Assembly (NCBI GenBank): GCA_002633005.1
Contig: NMRA01000369.1
Coordinates: forward strand, 147,885 to 211,884
Source of the DNA: Phoronis australis
Lineage: Eukaryota > Animalia > Phoronida
Direction of reading: 5' to 3'
DNA: 64,000 bases
Every line of letters starts with the position of its first letter. Within the stretch, counting starts at the first letter, position 1. The notes under the pieces were generated by a model. The model was not told the origin of the DNA and did no database searches. It was given only the letters and a program-made list of their open reading frames with translations. Below are positions 51,096 through 62,820 of this stretch, in pieces. Both the position numbers and the translations under genes were made by a program.

Positions 51096-51971
51096 GTGGG
51101 GGAGACTAGGGTGAGTTGAGCCACACAGAGAGTACAGCCACCCCCTCTAAGTCAGATAAGCATTAAGTATCCGGTTGATGATGGCATTTATGGGTCAGTA
51201 TAGGTGGCACAACGTGTACTCGGCATAAGAACGTAAGGACATCACAGATTGGTGTGAGGAGCGTTTGTTCGAAATTGTTCCTTTCTTGTACATGTGCTGA
51301 TACGAAAGTAAAAGAAGGGCATAAATTATACTTTCGTCGTAATTTTTATTTCAATACCGAACCCGGTTTTGGAACACCTAACTCGTGTACACGTTATAAC
51401 ATATAGAAGTTTTCTAAATCAATGAGCCAATTGGTACGAGTTGACTTGAGCCGTAGCTCTCCCGACAATTTAGACCAGTGTATAAAAAAATTGCTGTTCA
51501 CTATCTCAGTCTTTTCACTATCTGTGCCTGGCATACACACTAGGAGGGCTTGCTTCGAGACAGTTTCTCCTTATTGCAGTAAAATATGATTGGTTGACAC
51601 TCCGACAGCAAGTTTTAATCAGACACATGTATGGAAACTGCCTGGAGAGAAAAGCCGCAGAGCATTTTTATATAACTTCAAGACTCATGCATGATTTACA
51701 AAGCTGTAGAAAAGCCTAAGCTAATTCTCCTTGACGTTACGCTAACTATCTTCCAAATGCATGAGTTCAGCCACTTGACAAATATTTTTAACAAAACCAG
51801 ATTAAGATACAGAACGAGTTTTGGCTCCAGTTGACTGTTCCACTTTACGGTAGGTTAATGATCAATTTTCAATATAGTTATGCGATCCGTATGCTTAATT
51901 TATTCACAACTCAAGGAAGTACGGGCCATGAACGAAAAAGTGGCTCAACGCATCCTCCTGGTCTACACATA
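51096..51971. mobile_element. Degenerate Tc1/mariner-pogo-like MITE in CRHBP intron 6
   Basis: Imperfect TIRs GGGGAGACTAGGGTGAGTTGAGCCAC and GTGGCTCAACGCATCCTCCTGGTCTAC. Confidence 0.45.
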
Positions 51972-52119
51972 TCTTACGGTTGGTAGCGCAAAGGAAGACA
52001 AACTAAAGACGACAAACTAACTCTCAGTATTCTTGTCTTCCTAAAACCACTTTGAGGTGGTGATGTAGTAACGTTATTTCTAAAATTAATCGGGTCTATT
52101 TATACCAGCCTCTAGCCTA

Positions 52120-52560
52120 ATTTATGGCACGTTTCGGTCGGTCATTACTCCGGCCATCTTCAGGGTGGTGTTAACAACGTTCTAACTAGTACGGGTGTAT
52201 GATATACACTCATGGTTGTCAGTGATGAGCTGTTTTTTTCTGTCGTGCCAATGTAAACAGGCTGCAGGTTGACGCAAATAGACCAAAATATCTTGCAAAT
52301 TGGTCAATTTTTTAATATGACCTATGTTGCAATCTCATTCGCATCCGGGCATTCACAATCGACTGGATATTGTTCATAAGTAAAGAATTTAGAGTAATTT
52401 TCTTCAGAATGACGGTTTTCCGATATCAGAGTTATAACAACAATCCAGAAAGCTCTTCGTAATCGCACCATAAACACCGGTGACGAGTTATTTATTGATC
52501 AGCCAACCATAATTGCTTGGACCAGTTCCATTCGCTCTTACGTAAAGTAGTCAAAATTGC
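52120..52560 (-). mobile_element. Penelope-like element remnant with degenerate minimal hammerhead ribozyme
   Basis: Minus strand 52165-52126 reads CC-CTGAAGA-T-GGCCGG-loop-CCGACC-GAAACGT. Upstream broken GIY-YIG-like fragments (TGVY..CCYNSDIGK). Confidence 0.5.
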
Positions 52561-53231
52561 ATGTACGTCAACCAATTTCCGGGTGTTTACATGGGTTGGA
52601 ATCCCTGTTAAAGCTATTACAGGCACAAAATACTAAAGATATCATGCCATTATTATGCACAGATTGCGTCTAAAATAGTACCACACGCAATCTGTCACAC
52701 GCGCTTACATAAACAGCGGACTTTTTTTTTGTTCATGCCCACTAGTGAAACGGAAGTTGAACTCCTCGAAACCCCCTTTAGATCCACCGCTACTATCCGT
52801 TCAAAAACTTTCCAAGTTCGAAATATAATCTGGAGGCATTATTTCATAAGGGTGATAATGAATACGAGCCGCCTTGGAATGGTATGAATGTTCCAAAATT
52901 CAGATAAACATTTTCAGATGTTTAGTAGAGGGATACGTCGCATTATTACGATGTAGGTCAGGGAGTAATCATGGACACATAGTATCCGTGAATTTTACTC
53001 TTGACTTTCCATCGCCGGTGACACCTCACATTATGGGAACGAGTCTTTTCTTCAAACTGATTACAACTTTGCCATTGTAAAAATATAATGTTTCTAATCT
53101 GGAAGATAGTAAACTTGGATTTCAAAAAATTAAGGTAAAAACAGGATTGACATTCGTAATACAATTTCAAACTGCTTTTAAAGCCGAAACCATTCAAACG
53201 CACAATCTTTAATTTGACTTGGTTTCTACAG

Positions 53232-53368
53232 TTTCAGGTAATTTCACGTTAGCGTGCCAAAGCTCTGTTGTTAGATTGGTGTCGTCTGGGACGTATTACA
53301 ATACAATAACGGTGGACTTCGCCGAAACAGCGGAGAGCCAGTTGACAGAATGCGTGAAAAGAAAGTAA
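53232..53368 (+). CDS. CRHBP: CRH-binding protein last exon
   Basis: VSGNFTLACQSSVVRLVSSGTYYNTITVDF..TECVKRK* matches GCDNTVVRMVSSGKHVNRVTFEY. An alternative in-frame acceptor lies at 53237; AATAAA at ~54068. Confidence 0.92.
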
Positions 53369-54354
53369 ATCGAACGGAAGACAATGGCGGACACAGAATA
53401 CGTATAACTGATCGGATTATAATGTACACTTTATTTAACTGCAGTCAAACAGGACTCTGCAACAGCTTGATCTACGCATCGACAACACGAGGGCCTTATC
53501 TGAGGGCAATACAAACACTAAGCATATATAAGTTTCCAACGTCCGACTAAATGCAAACCATTGCAATTGCAGCTGTGTCGGCAACACGACGTTCGTTTCG
53601 TCGCACAATATACTGCAGTAAAGGTGTATTTATAAAGTACTGATTGCATTGCCCGTTAACATTTGTATGCAGCTGCTCCCAAGTGTTTGCCATGAAGCAC
53701 AGACACAGTGCGCCACCTGTCTGCAACATACAGCACGATCATCAGTGAATGTCCAGAAGTAGGCCGAACCATATCAGATGAAAATCCAAGGTCCTATGGA
53801 CTTGGATTTGGTCCTATGGACTTGGATTTGGACATAGTAGTTTTTAAATGTACTCATGACAAACGTTGAAATGATCTTGGAGTTGAGGTTGGCTTGAGGA
53901 ATTAGATTCTTAAAGTGAAATGTAAATACTATTGACTGAAAACTGGCAGGGAACATATGTTTCTATAATTTTATTCTTGTTTGATGGGAGCATTGGGGAA
54001 TAATCTCTTTAACCGCATGCAGCGGTATATACATTTGTAAAAGTACCCAGCAAGGTTGATTCTTACAATAAAAGTTTGATGGCTTCTCAGTTCCAACTTG
54101 CTTGTCAACCTTTTCAACAGGTTCATTGAGGTTAACAGACATCAGGTGGTGCTGCTGCGATGCAAGGCTTTCAGTGAGACCAGAGCCCTGTGTCTAATCT
54201 CCAATGTTGGACTCAAAACCTGACCGAAATTAGACCTCATGCACAGCCCGCTGAGTCAAATTATTTGTTTTGTAAGCTGACACCAACTTTTTAATAGTTT
54301 CAAATGACAGGAGTTACCTGAGTGCATAAATGGGTTAAAAAAAGTAAGTTATTT

Positions 54355-54374
54355 CCACTAGCGCCATCTAGTGT
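54355..54374 (-). promoter_or_regulatory. CTCF-consensus motif between the convergent 3' ends of CRHBP and ERH
   Basis: Minus strand reads ACACTAGATGGCGCTAGTGG, close to the CTCF core CCACYAGRKGGCRS. Confidence 0.5.
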
Positions 54375-54824
54375 ATTTCAAGATCTTCACTGATTCTATT
54401 AGTTCAAAACACTCAGCATGAATGGTAATAGCCAATAGCCACTACATTCCAAAAATAAGCCTAGTCTTGTACAACAAAATGACGGATCAAAATCACCAAT
54501 TTCTCAATGTCTATGGTGGCGGTTGTTCGAGGGTCAAACAAATTGGTACTCCCAAAAATCTATTTAGGAAAAGCCATATTTTGTCAATTTATTTTTATTA
54601 CAAAGTTCACAAAAAACTATAAATACTTAGTTACAATAGGCTAAAACATATTCAAAACTGAAGTGTACTTTGGAATAGACGATACCATGTACAAACACCA
54701 AAAGCAGCTCAAGGCTGCTAATGAGGAGAGTAACATTAACCACCACTGCTCTCTTGTCTGACCAAAAACTCTCCACAGGAGTGGCGTCAGTTAATGTTCT
54801 CACAAAATATACATCGGACATACA

Positions 54825-54918
54825 TCACTTTCCTGCTTGTTTCCGAAGCAGCGAATAAATCTTGTCTTTAATCCAAACTTTATCGTGTGGCACGTAAGTG
54901 CCTGTTGTTTTTTGAAAT
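54825..54918 (-). CDS. ERH: Enhancer of rudimentary homolog exon 4
   Basis: (V)FQKTTGTYVPHDKVWIKDKIYSLLRKQAGK* matches ERH [29 protein letters not shown]..GK. Acceptor ctttacAG. Confidence 0.97.
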
Positions 54919-55600
54919 CTGTAAAGTTCAAATAAACTCATAAGGCATTGTTACACAGTGGACGAAATAGTGAATAATAAGTGAATCGACACAGTTTTGA
55001 ATGTGCCACTGGAAATGCAAAATGTCTACCAGATCACAGTTTTTCATCAACATTAACCTCTTCGGTTGTCATCGAAACCTAAAATTAGAAAAAAATTTTC
55101 TTGAGGTCACAAATGTTTTGGCAAAAAAGTTAAGCAAGGAGGAAATTAGGTAAAAATGAGTTCTGGCATCTTTTTTGCTCAAACAGTGACTGATAGCCCG
55201 ATATAATTTAATGACAAGTCTCTTAATACCCAATGAATAACAGCCATTGCCTGATGCTATATACTCTACTGATCTTCACAAGTGTCAGAACTAGTGACCA
55301 AAGGTCAGAAACACCATTTGGCATTTTTTCCAAAGCAATTCAAAATACTTTGCAGTTTGAAACAAAGACACTTGGCAGAAGTAGCACACCCTGTTTACAC
55401 AAAGTTCGTAAATGATTTTCTTTAAATCGATTTATTCAGATCGGCTTAAGTCACTTTGTCTCCCAGACTACACCACAAAGGAAAAATCGGTCGAGATGTT
55501 GTGCAGACTAATGAAAGAATTCCGTGTTTGAGCACTTCTCACTTGAACCCCAAACCGGTTTTCTCAAGTGTAAACGGAAGATAAATGACATCCAACTTAC

Positions 55601-55721
55601 ACCATGCAGCTCAGGTCAGCAAACTGGTCAATGAACTCAAACAGCTGACTGATGTCATATGTGATTGAAGGTTGGGAAGGATTGCAACGCTTTAAATGTT
55701 CTTCGTATATCTTGCACACGC
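55601..55721 (-). CDS. ERH: ERH exon 3
   Basis: [41 protein letters not shown]; donor GT|GTAAGT. Confidence 0.98.
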
Positions 55722-56348
55722 CTTAAATAAAAATTCACACAAACGAGTGAGAAAGCAATGCCACACAGCAGAAACACAGCGACGAGTATACACAAACTTA
55801 AAGCTTCCGTAAACCAGCTTCTGTTGACAAAAAAACTTTTGATTTAGGTCACTTACTAATATCATGACAGTCTCATATTGTTCCTTGACAGATTAGAAAT
55901 GATTTGTGACTAGAGAAGAAGTAACAAGTCATTATTGCTTCAGTCAAGGTCCATTAAGTTGCATGTCACAGCGAGTTACCTTCAGTCACCAAAGCATAAT
56001 GGTCGTCACGGTAATTCCACAAGATCCACTGTAAGCAATTTCAACTCAAACAAAGGTTAAGAACGCCATGACATGACTTTGAAGAACAAATTTACACCTG
56101 CGAGGAAAGCTGGTGTTTTCAACACTTAAGTTGTGATTTAAAGCGACTTTAAGTGCATTGGTAAATACACCAGCTGATGCACTGACTGGCTGAGCACGTA
56201 CATGTAGCGTTGTTCTTGTGAGAAAATGTTAACATGAGTCAGTTTGCCAATTTGCCTAGAGACATATAACTAATTAAGATATGTCTATGCAATGCACAGT
56301 CACCCGAAAGAGCCAACTGGAACTTAAATGTGCAAATGTGGCAAAATG

Positions 56349-56598
56349 CATGAGCGCACCCAGGGGGGGGGGCATCGGGGGGCTCAAGCCCCCCATTTGG
56401 CGAAGTGGGCAAAAAGGTCCGCCTCAGAGAAACAAAAAGTCCAAAAAGTAGAAAACAAGACAAAAGTCAACTAAATGGCAGGAACTACCAAAATCCAGCA
56501 AATGCACAATTCATAGCTCTGAACGTAGCCCATGTTTTAGTAAAAGGTCCACATTCACAAAAATTCAAAGCCACCATTTTTTAGGCCGAGTGCGCATG
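56349..56598 (+). mobile_element. hAT-like MITE in ERH intron 2
   Basis: Ends CATGAGCGCACCCAGG and GGCCGAGTGCGCATG, with G-runs and AAAAGGTCC motifs shared with the fragment at 28318-28380. TSD unclear. Confidence 0.5.
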
Positions 56599-57690
56599 TG
56601 AAATGCGTATCAAAACGCCTGCCTGGCAAACAAATCTTAACAGATTTGTCCTCAATTCAATAAACCAACTGAGCCGAAACAAATATTGCTAGACTAAGCT
56701 TGAGTAAGAACTGTATGAAAAGCACAGCTGCATAACATTTGCCTTCAGATGCACAAAAAGAATTAGAACGACACTATCCTAAAATACCACACCGCCACTC
56801 TAATTCTGCAATATTTAGCAACAACACCGCACATCCCACAGTTTAGCTACTTATGTTACAGTTCACAGTCAGCATGCTAGTCACAGTTTTGCAAGAAAAA
56901 AATTATGACGTCATTCCTTATTTCACAACCAAAGTTCTACTAATTGCAGGGCGATGGTTGGAATGCTGACATAGAAATGGGAGAATTACACCAACAATCA
57001 ATCTTAAGTTTTGGATTTGTCGGTATTCTTGATAACTATTCAGCAATGAAAAATTGATAATAGAGCATTTCTCAAGCCCAGTCTCCAGCAAAACAAGATA
57101 GTCAAACTTGTAATGAGCCTAATATTTATTCAATGTTTAAGCCCAACACAACGTCTAGCAGCAAGTTTTTAAAATATCAAAACTCCTGAGCCAAGGTTAT
57201 GGCAAAAGCTCAATACTCCAAAAACATTTTTGAAGTTGCTACAAACCTCTATATGTCAAAGAAACTAACATTTTATTTAATAGACCAATTACCACTATAA
57301 AATTGGTCTCGACTTAAAGTTAAGAAGTAATGTTTAGTCTCGTAAAGAACTGGCAACCATTACTGCTTGAGATCATGCTTGGTGAATAAAATGACACACT
57401 GTGACGAGTCAACTTGTAGAGCCAATCACAAGCAGTAACGAGCCGTCAGTTCTTTTCAAGTCCATAAATCACAGCGACACCTATGAGGAACAATGTGAGG
57501 CGAATTTCACAACAGTAAGTGGCGTAAACCAACACTTGCTTTTGTGCCGGAATGTTGGTTTGCTCTGCTTTAAGTGTCGAACAGCAAACTTGACAATTCT
57601 GGAGATAAGAATTTGTGGATCACATTAGGGCATCTACCAGAGGTGAAAGAAGTGCAGACAAAAACTACGCAAATCTATGCCGCGTATTAC

Positions 57691-57778
57691 CTTCTAAGCA
57701 CTCGTTGAGAGTCTCATAGTCGGAGTATGTTCGTGTTTCCGGCTTCTTAGTCGGCTGGACTAACAATATTGTGTGTGA
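57691..57778 (-). CDS. ERH: ERH exon 2
   Basis: [29 protein letters not shown](G); boundaries tgatttcAG and AAG|GTAATA. Confidence 0.98.
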
Positions 57779-60700
57779 CTGAAATCAAAACGGATACCAA
57801 TTCAACCTGACCATTTACACAGTGCGGTAAACAAGAGAATTAACGGGTAAAATATATAAATTTTGAGTTGACAATTGAATGCATTGAACATAAAAACATT
57901 CCAGGTAAGGTATCACCTCACTATTACAAACATTTAAGTCCTGTCAGCACACCATCTGTTGGCCACATCATGTGACCTAATGAATATACACTTCGCTATT
58001 CTCAACTCAACAGCACCATTTTTCCAATAGGGTCAATTCCCTCTCATTTGACAACATTTCCTTAATTTAACCGGTGAACAATGACCCCTTTGGGTTCTGT
58101 ATTTCTGAATAGTTTGCAGACTGGCAGTTGGCCATCTTTTCTACCATTCCCACGGGCGGGCTGGCGTGTTGTTATCCAAGAGCTTTGTATCACGTTGTTT
58201 GCATAGTTTTTATATTACAGCACTCAAAAACATTAAAAGTAAAACAATAATTGTAAGCTACTCAATGCCCTCCACAGACAACATCACGCACAAAATGTAC
58301 ATGTAGAATCCTGTGTGATTCAGTAAATTGTTCTGTGTTCTCGTTCAATTCCTAAGAGTGTAATTTTAAATACCAGCATACCATTATCTGCAAGTTCCAT
58401 TTGAATCCATTTACAATCAAGAAATGGGCCATCTGACAACCTGTGGTACTAAATCAAATGACTGAGAAGAATAAAGCCTGCAGTAAATGTTCTCCAGGTT
58501 TGGGAGAAAAAGGAAATTAACTTCATCCAAAATTTTCGACAAAAAATCTTAATTATTTGCACGACATTTATTAACGTGCATGGTCGTGGTGTTAGGCCAA
58601 AAAGGAATAGTTGAATCTGGTCTGTTTTTTCCCGAAAATTGATGCAGTGGTGAGGAATTATTTAGTTGACATCTAGTTAACAAAATCTACCGGAGAACAA
58701 AACTGAGGTGGGTTATTTTTTACTAAAAACTCTAACCAGTATCATTGCTGCAACTACACGATTAACTGTGCACACGTCTGTGTCAACTGTTTTCAGACTA
58801 GAACCAAATCAACCAATTATGCCACTTTTTGTCTTAACGTCTCGTTATAGGTTTGTATCTGTCTTGTACAACACCTCAGTTTATAACACATAAAACAAAG
58901 TAAAAAAAAAAAACAGCTAAAGCAAAACATCCTGTTCAGGTCGGGAACCACTGCCATACACATGTTGTATCAGTCCCACCATAGTTCAAAGCAGCTTTCA
59001 GTCCCCTTGTTCAAACCAATTGTCCAGCATCAACTTGAAATGAGAAATTAGGATCATTTGTGAGGCTATTTTGGAATACGAAACATGTTCTTTGTTTATT
59101 ATGTTCTTCAGCTATCAGAATAAATGGTCTGCTTGATGAAGTGTCTGTCAGATAAATGGGTAAGCTGTGCTACACCTAAAGAGTCTGTTAGCAAATCATG
59201 CCTCGTGGGAAAATTTGGAAATTTGCCAATTAACGGTTGACTATCGCATCAACTTCTTGCATCTCTGCAGTATAGATTGATTCAATGAAAATTAAGAACA
59301 AAAAGCACTACGGATGTGACAAGCAATTATTATTCCCAACACTTAAATAATAACTTAATCATCAACCCTAGCAATTGTTTTTCTACTAGTACAGTCCGAA
59401 AGTAGCCAATAAAACTGTAAAATATCAGCTAACTCAAGCACCTTTCACACTATTGGAATACAGTGACATCTTTTGAAAATTTACAGAAACGTTTTAACAA
59501 CTCTCATTAACACACCGTTGTCCTCACAGTACATGTTTTTTCTTGCAATTTTAGCACTTTAATTGTGTCATAAATGTCAAGCAATACATTTTTATGTATT
59601 AGCTGATTTTGCCACTTTTGACGAGCTACACAGTAGCACTAAAATGATATTCTTCCTTCAGTAGCCCTGTTATTCGACATTGAAAATGAAAGTCAAAAAT
59701 CTTCCCCGTCTACATGGATTTGCTCTTGAGGAAAAGGAAAATATTACAGGGGTGTGGATAAGAGGGAAGAGGTAAAATTTGGAATGACGGAAGGCAAAAG
59801 CGCAATGGTTGCGCCAGTATACCACCTGTCATTAGAAGCCTCTGGTCACTAGTGCTATGCTTTTTTCAAATAATTGCTATGGTATGAGCAACAACAGCAA
59901 CGCAAAGCACCGAAATGCACCTCCGACTGTACCACAAATGGTATAGTTCTTGGGGCAATTATTAGCAACATAAAAATGGCCACTTGGTGGCACAAAATAT
60001 GCCAAGCCAGTCCAAAACTGAGACGGCACACCATCATTCCATGAACATCTGTTCATTCAATGCAAAGATATAAAGGCAAACGTAAATAAATTAAAATATA
60101 TGAAATTACCATAATGATCAACAAAAGTAGCCATATCTGTTTGAAAGACATTCATTGTTGCCACATTCACATGGTATATATACGAACTGTATTTGGCAAG
60201 AATTTCACAACATAAAGCTGACTCTGATGTAATTAAAATATGATTGGCTGTTCAGGTGAGGAATCCTGGATATGTGGGTCCCTTCATAACACCAAGAATA
60301 CTACTGATGACAAATTAACAAAAGACAAATCACTTGATTCATCTATCATTAACCTTCATCCAGGTGATGACAAATTATAGATCCAATGCCGTGTTTTGTT
60401 GATATCTGGACTAAAATACAAGGTACTAAAATAAAAAATTGACCGGCAGCCGCAATTTTCTTGTCCATTTCATCAAAAACCTATTCATTGCGACCTCTGT
60501 GGTTGGTATTTGACATGTGTTCACTGCGAAACTTCCAATTCGCGACAAATGGTGCGAAAACAATTAAATTCTCTGTTCTAAGGTGAATTCCCTTTTCCCC
60601 TCTTTGATCGTTCATTATTTAACCACACCACGGTAACAGACATCACATTCCAGCAACACAGATCACTGACATCGTAACTAATACTTCAGAAAATGGTGGC

Positions 60701-61456
60701 AGCCAGTCAACAGTAGGGTACCTAATACTGAGTCCAGGTATCAACAGAATGCAACATCGGACTTGAAATATGTCACCACCTGGATTGAGATTAGTGATAT
60801 TTACAAATCGAATGTTCCATCTTTTGTTAATTTGTGAAGTGTACTTTGAACCTTTAGAGGGACCTACCTATCCAACTATTACTGGTCAAATATGGCTTCC
60901 CACGCGGAAGTTTGGTCACTTTGTTTGGAGAATTTATGGCATGTGTTTAGAGGAGCAGGTCTGGAGATTTGTACAGCTGTTCTGGTTTGGGGATAAGACA
61001 CTTTGTAGGTGGAATTTCTAAGACTTACTAGTATTTGTAATAATCCGTCAGAATATCATTGGGTATTTGCATCAAATTGGCCACTGGTGATTAGCCATTG
61101 CTCTTTTTCTTTTTCAAATAATTTTGATTCCCAGACCATCATTACTTCCACTCCAGTGAACTACAGAGCTGAACCTCAAGTTATTGTTTACAATCCGACT
61201 CCATTAACATAAATACTTGATATTACTATTTTCTGAAAATGAATCCTCTCGTCAGTAAAAGTCTATTTGCCAGGTCCCTATTCAGACCCTGTTCAATCCT
61301 TCATACCTCCCACAAAAATGATAATCACACATGGATGATATATACCTCAATCGATTCGTAACTGTTCACTCTTTACTCCTATGCTATGCTAAAATTGTTT
61401 CCATTTAAGCTTTCACTTTCCAAAAATTCAACGCTAACTTGAGTCAAATACCAATC

Positions 61457-61539
61457 TAGGACAGCGTCCACCGTCTCTAGCTGGCTCAGTAGTAGGCCTA
61501 CTGAACCAGCTAGGGTAGAGACGATGGTCACTGTCTAAA
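61457..61539. repeat. Imperfect hairpin (~80 nt) centred on TAGGCCTA, related to the 7197 palindrome
   Basis: GACAGCGTCCACCGTCTCTAGCTGGCTCAGTAG pairs with CTACTGAACCAGCTAGGGTAGAGACGATGGTCACTGTC. Confidence 0.85.
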
Positions 61540-61753
61540 CTCCAGTCTAGAGACTAGAGTCTACTCAGATCTAAATCTAATCCCAATCAATTTCATCAAG
61601 ATGGCCTTGGAGTAGACTGCGTTCAAAGAAGAAAGTCTAAAAACGTCTTCAGGCCACAGAGTATGTATTTGTCACGACATCAAAAAATTATCATAGAATA
61701 AAAACAGGTGAATGAATTGACAGCAACATTTGTGCAACACATCGAATACGAAC

Positions 61754-61756
61754 CAT
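61754..61756 (-). CDS. ERH: ERH exon 1 coding part (ATG only)
   Basis: Minus strand cgaaATG|GTTCGT. Exon 2 starts at Ser2 in phase 0, so an ATG-only exon is required. Total ORF is 306 nt, 101 aa. Confidence 0.7.
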
Positions 61757-62138
61757 TTCGCAGAAAGTTACAGGAAAATGGCGACGAATAGTACTAACTA
61801 TCACCACTAGGTGGCCACGTGATATTTTCTGAAGATGCGACGTTTTATCAGAGAATAACTCACTTTAATGGCTTTTGATTCTTACTTGGGTATCATGTTG
61901 TTGTATAGATGACAATTTCATTGTCTTTATAACGTTCTTAAGAACTTCTTACCACGAAACTGTAAACAGTTGTGTTGCTTTCGAAGCGCCCCCTGTTCTT
62001 CTTTTTGACAGACTGATGCCACGCAGGATGGAAGCTGCGGAGAATATTGGATGAGACCCACATTAATTTTAGTTCAAAGCAGTGCGAGGAATTATCCATT
62101 TTAGACGTTCTATGGCCTTTGCTGTTCACCAAGCCAAC
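61757..62138. promoter_or_regulatory. Bidirectional promoter/5'UTRs shared by ERH and ZIP9
   Basis: 382 bp between divergent ATGs. Contains YY1-like AAAATGGCG (61776-61784) and CTCF-like CCACTAGGTGGC (61804-61815) abutting an E-box CACGTG (61816-61821). Confidence 0.7.
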
Positions 62139-62234
62139 ATGGACGAAGTTTGGGTTTTATTACTTCTCTCATTGGCGATGTTAGTCGGGTGTTATCTTGC
62201 AGGTTCAATCCCACTTGCGATGCCCATGTCGGAG
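62139..62234 (+). CDS. SLC39A9: Zinc transporter ZIP9 exon 1 (gene continues beyond window)
   Basis: [32 protein letters not shown] matches ZIP9 MDDF..[26 protein letters not shown]. Donor GAG|GTAAAC. Confidence 0.95.
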
Positions 62235-62820
62235 GTAAACAAAAGTAGCCAGGACACCAATGCAGGCGTTGTAACCTATTTTGTAAACTACAGGTTCATG
62301 CATTGTTTATAGAATCTGTTATTCATTGATTTTCTACTGTGAATTGGTTGCAGTGCAAGCTTATATAATTCAGCATGACAGTCTCAACTAGAGACAGTGG
62401 CCCAGGGCAATACCAATGAATCCCACAGATGGCATAGGCCCGCCATATGCCGGAGGCTATTCTGGCAATTTTGCCCCACACTTATTCAATATTCAGAATC
62501 ATTTTGTTACAAGTTCCATTGAGCATATAGAGGGACACCTTAGGAAGCCATTGATATCTTTAGCTCTTTCCAGCTTGAACAAATACGAATTGCCATTATC
62601 AAACTTTGTTCAGTTGCCCAAATTTGTATATGACGTTAGGTGCCTTGGTGCGAGCAGTGTAAAAATGGACAGTTCCAATTTGGGCACTTGAATGAAAAAC
62701 TGTTTGAAGAAAATGTTTGATTGCCGGGTAATGTAATTTGTTCAAGCTGGGAAGAGTTAAAGACGTCAACGACCTCCTAGTAATTAGATGTCCCTCTACC
62801 TTAGCAAAAGGTACTTATTA

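Noticed and set aside
61886-61897. Minus-strand ATG ATA CCC AA|GTAAG as ERH exon 1
   Set aside because: Ends in phase 2, which is incompatible with phase-0 ERH exon 2. It could at most be a non-coding or alternative donor.
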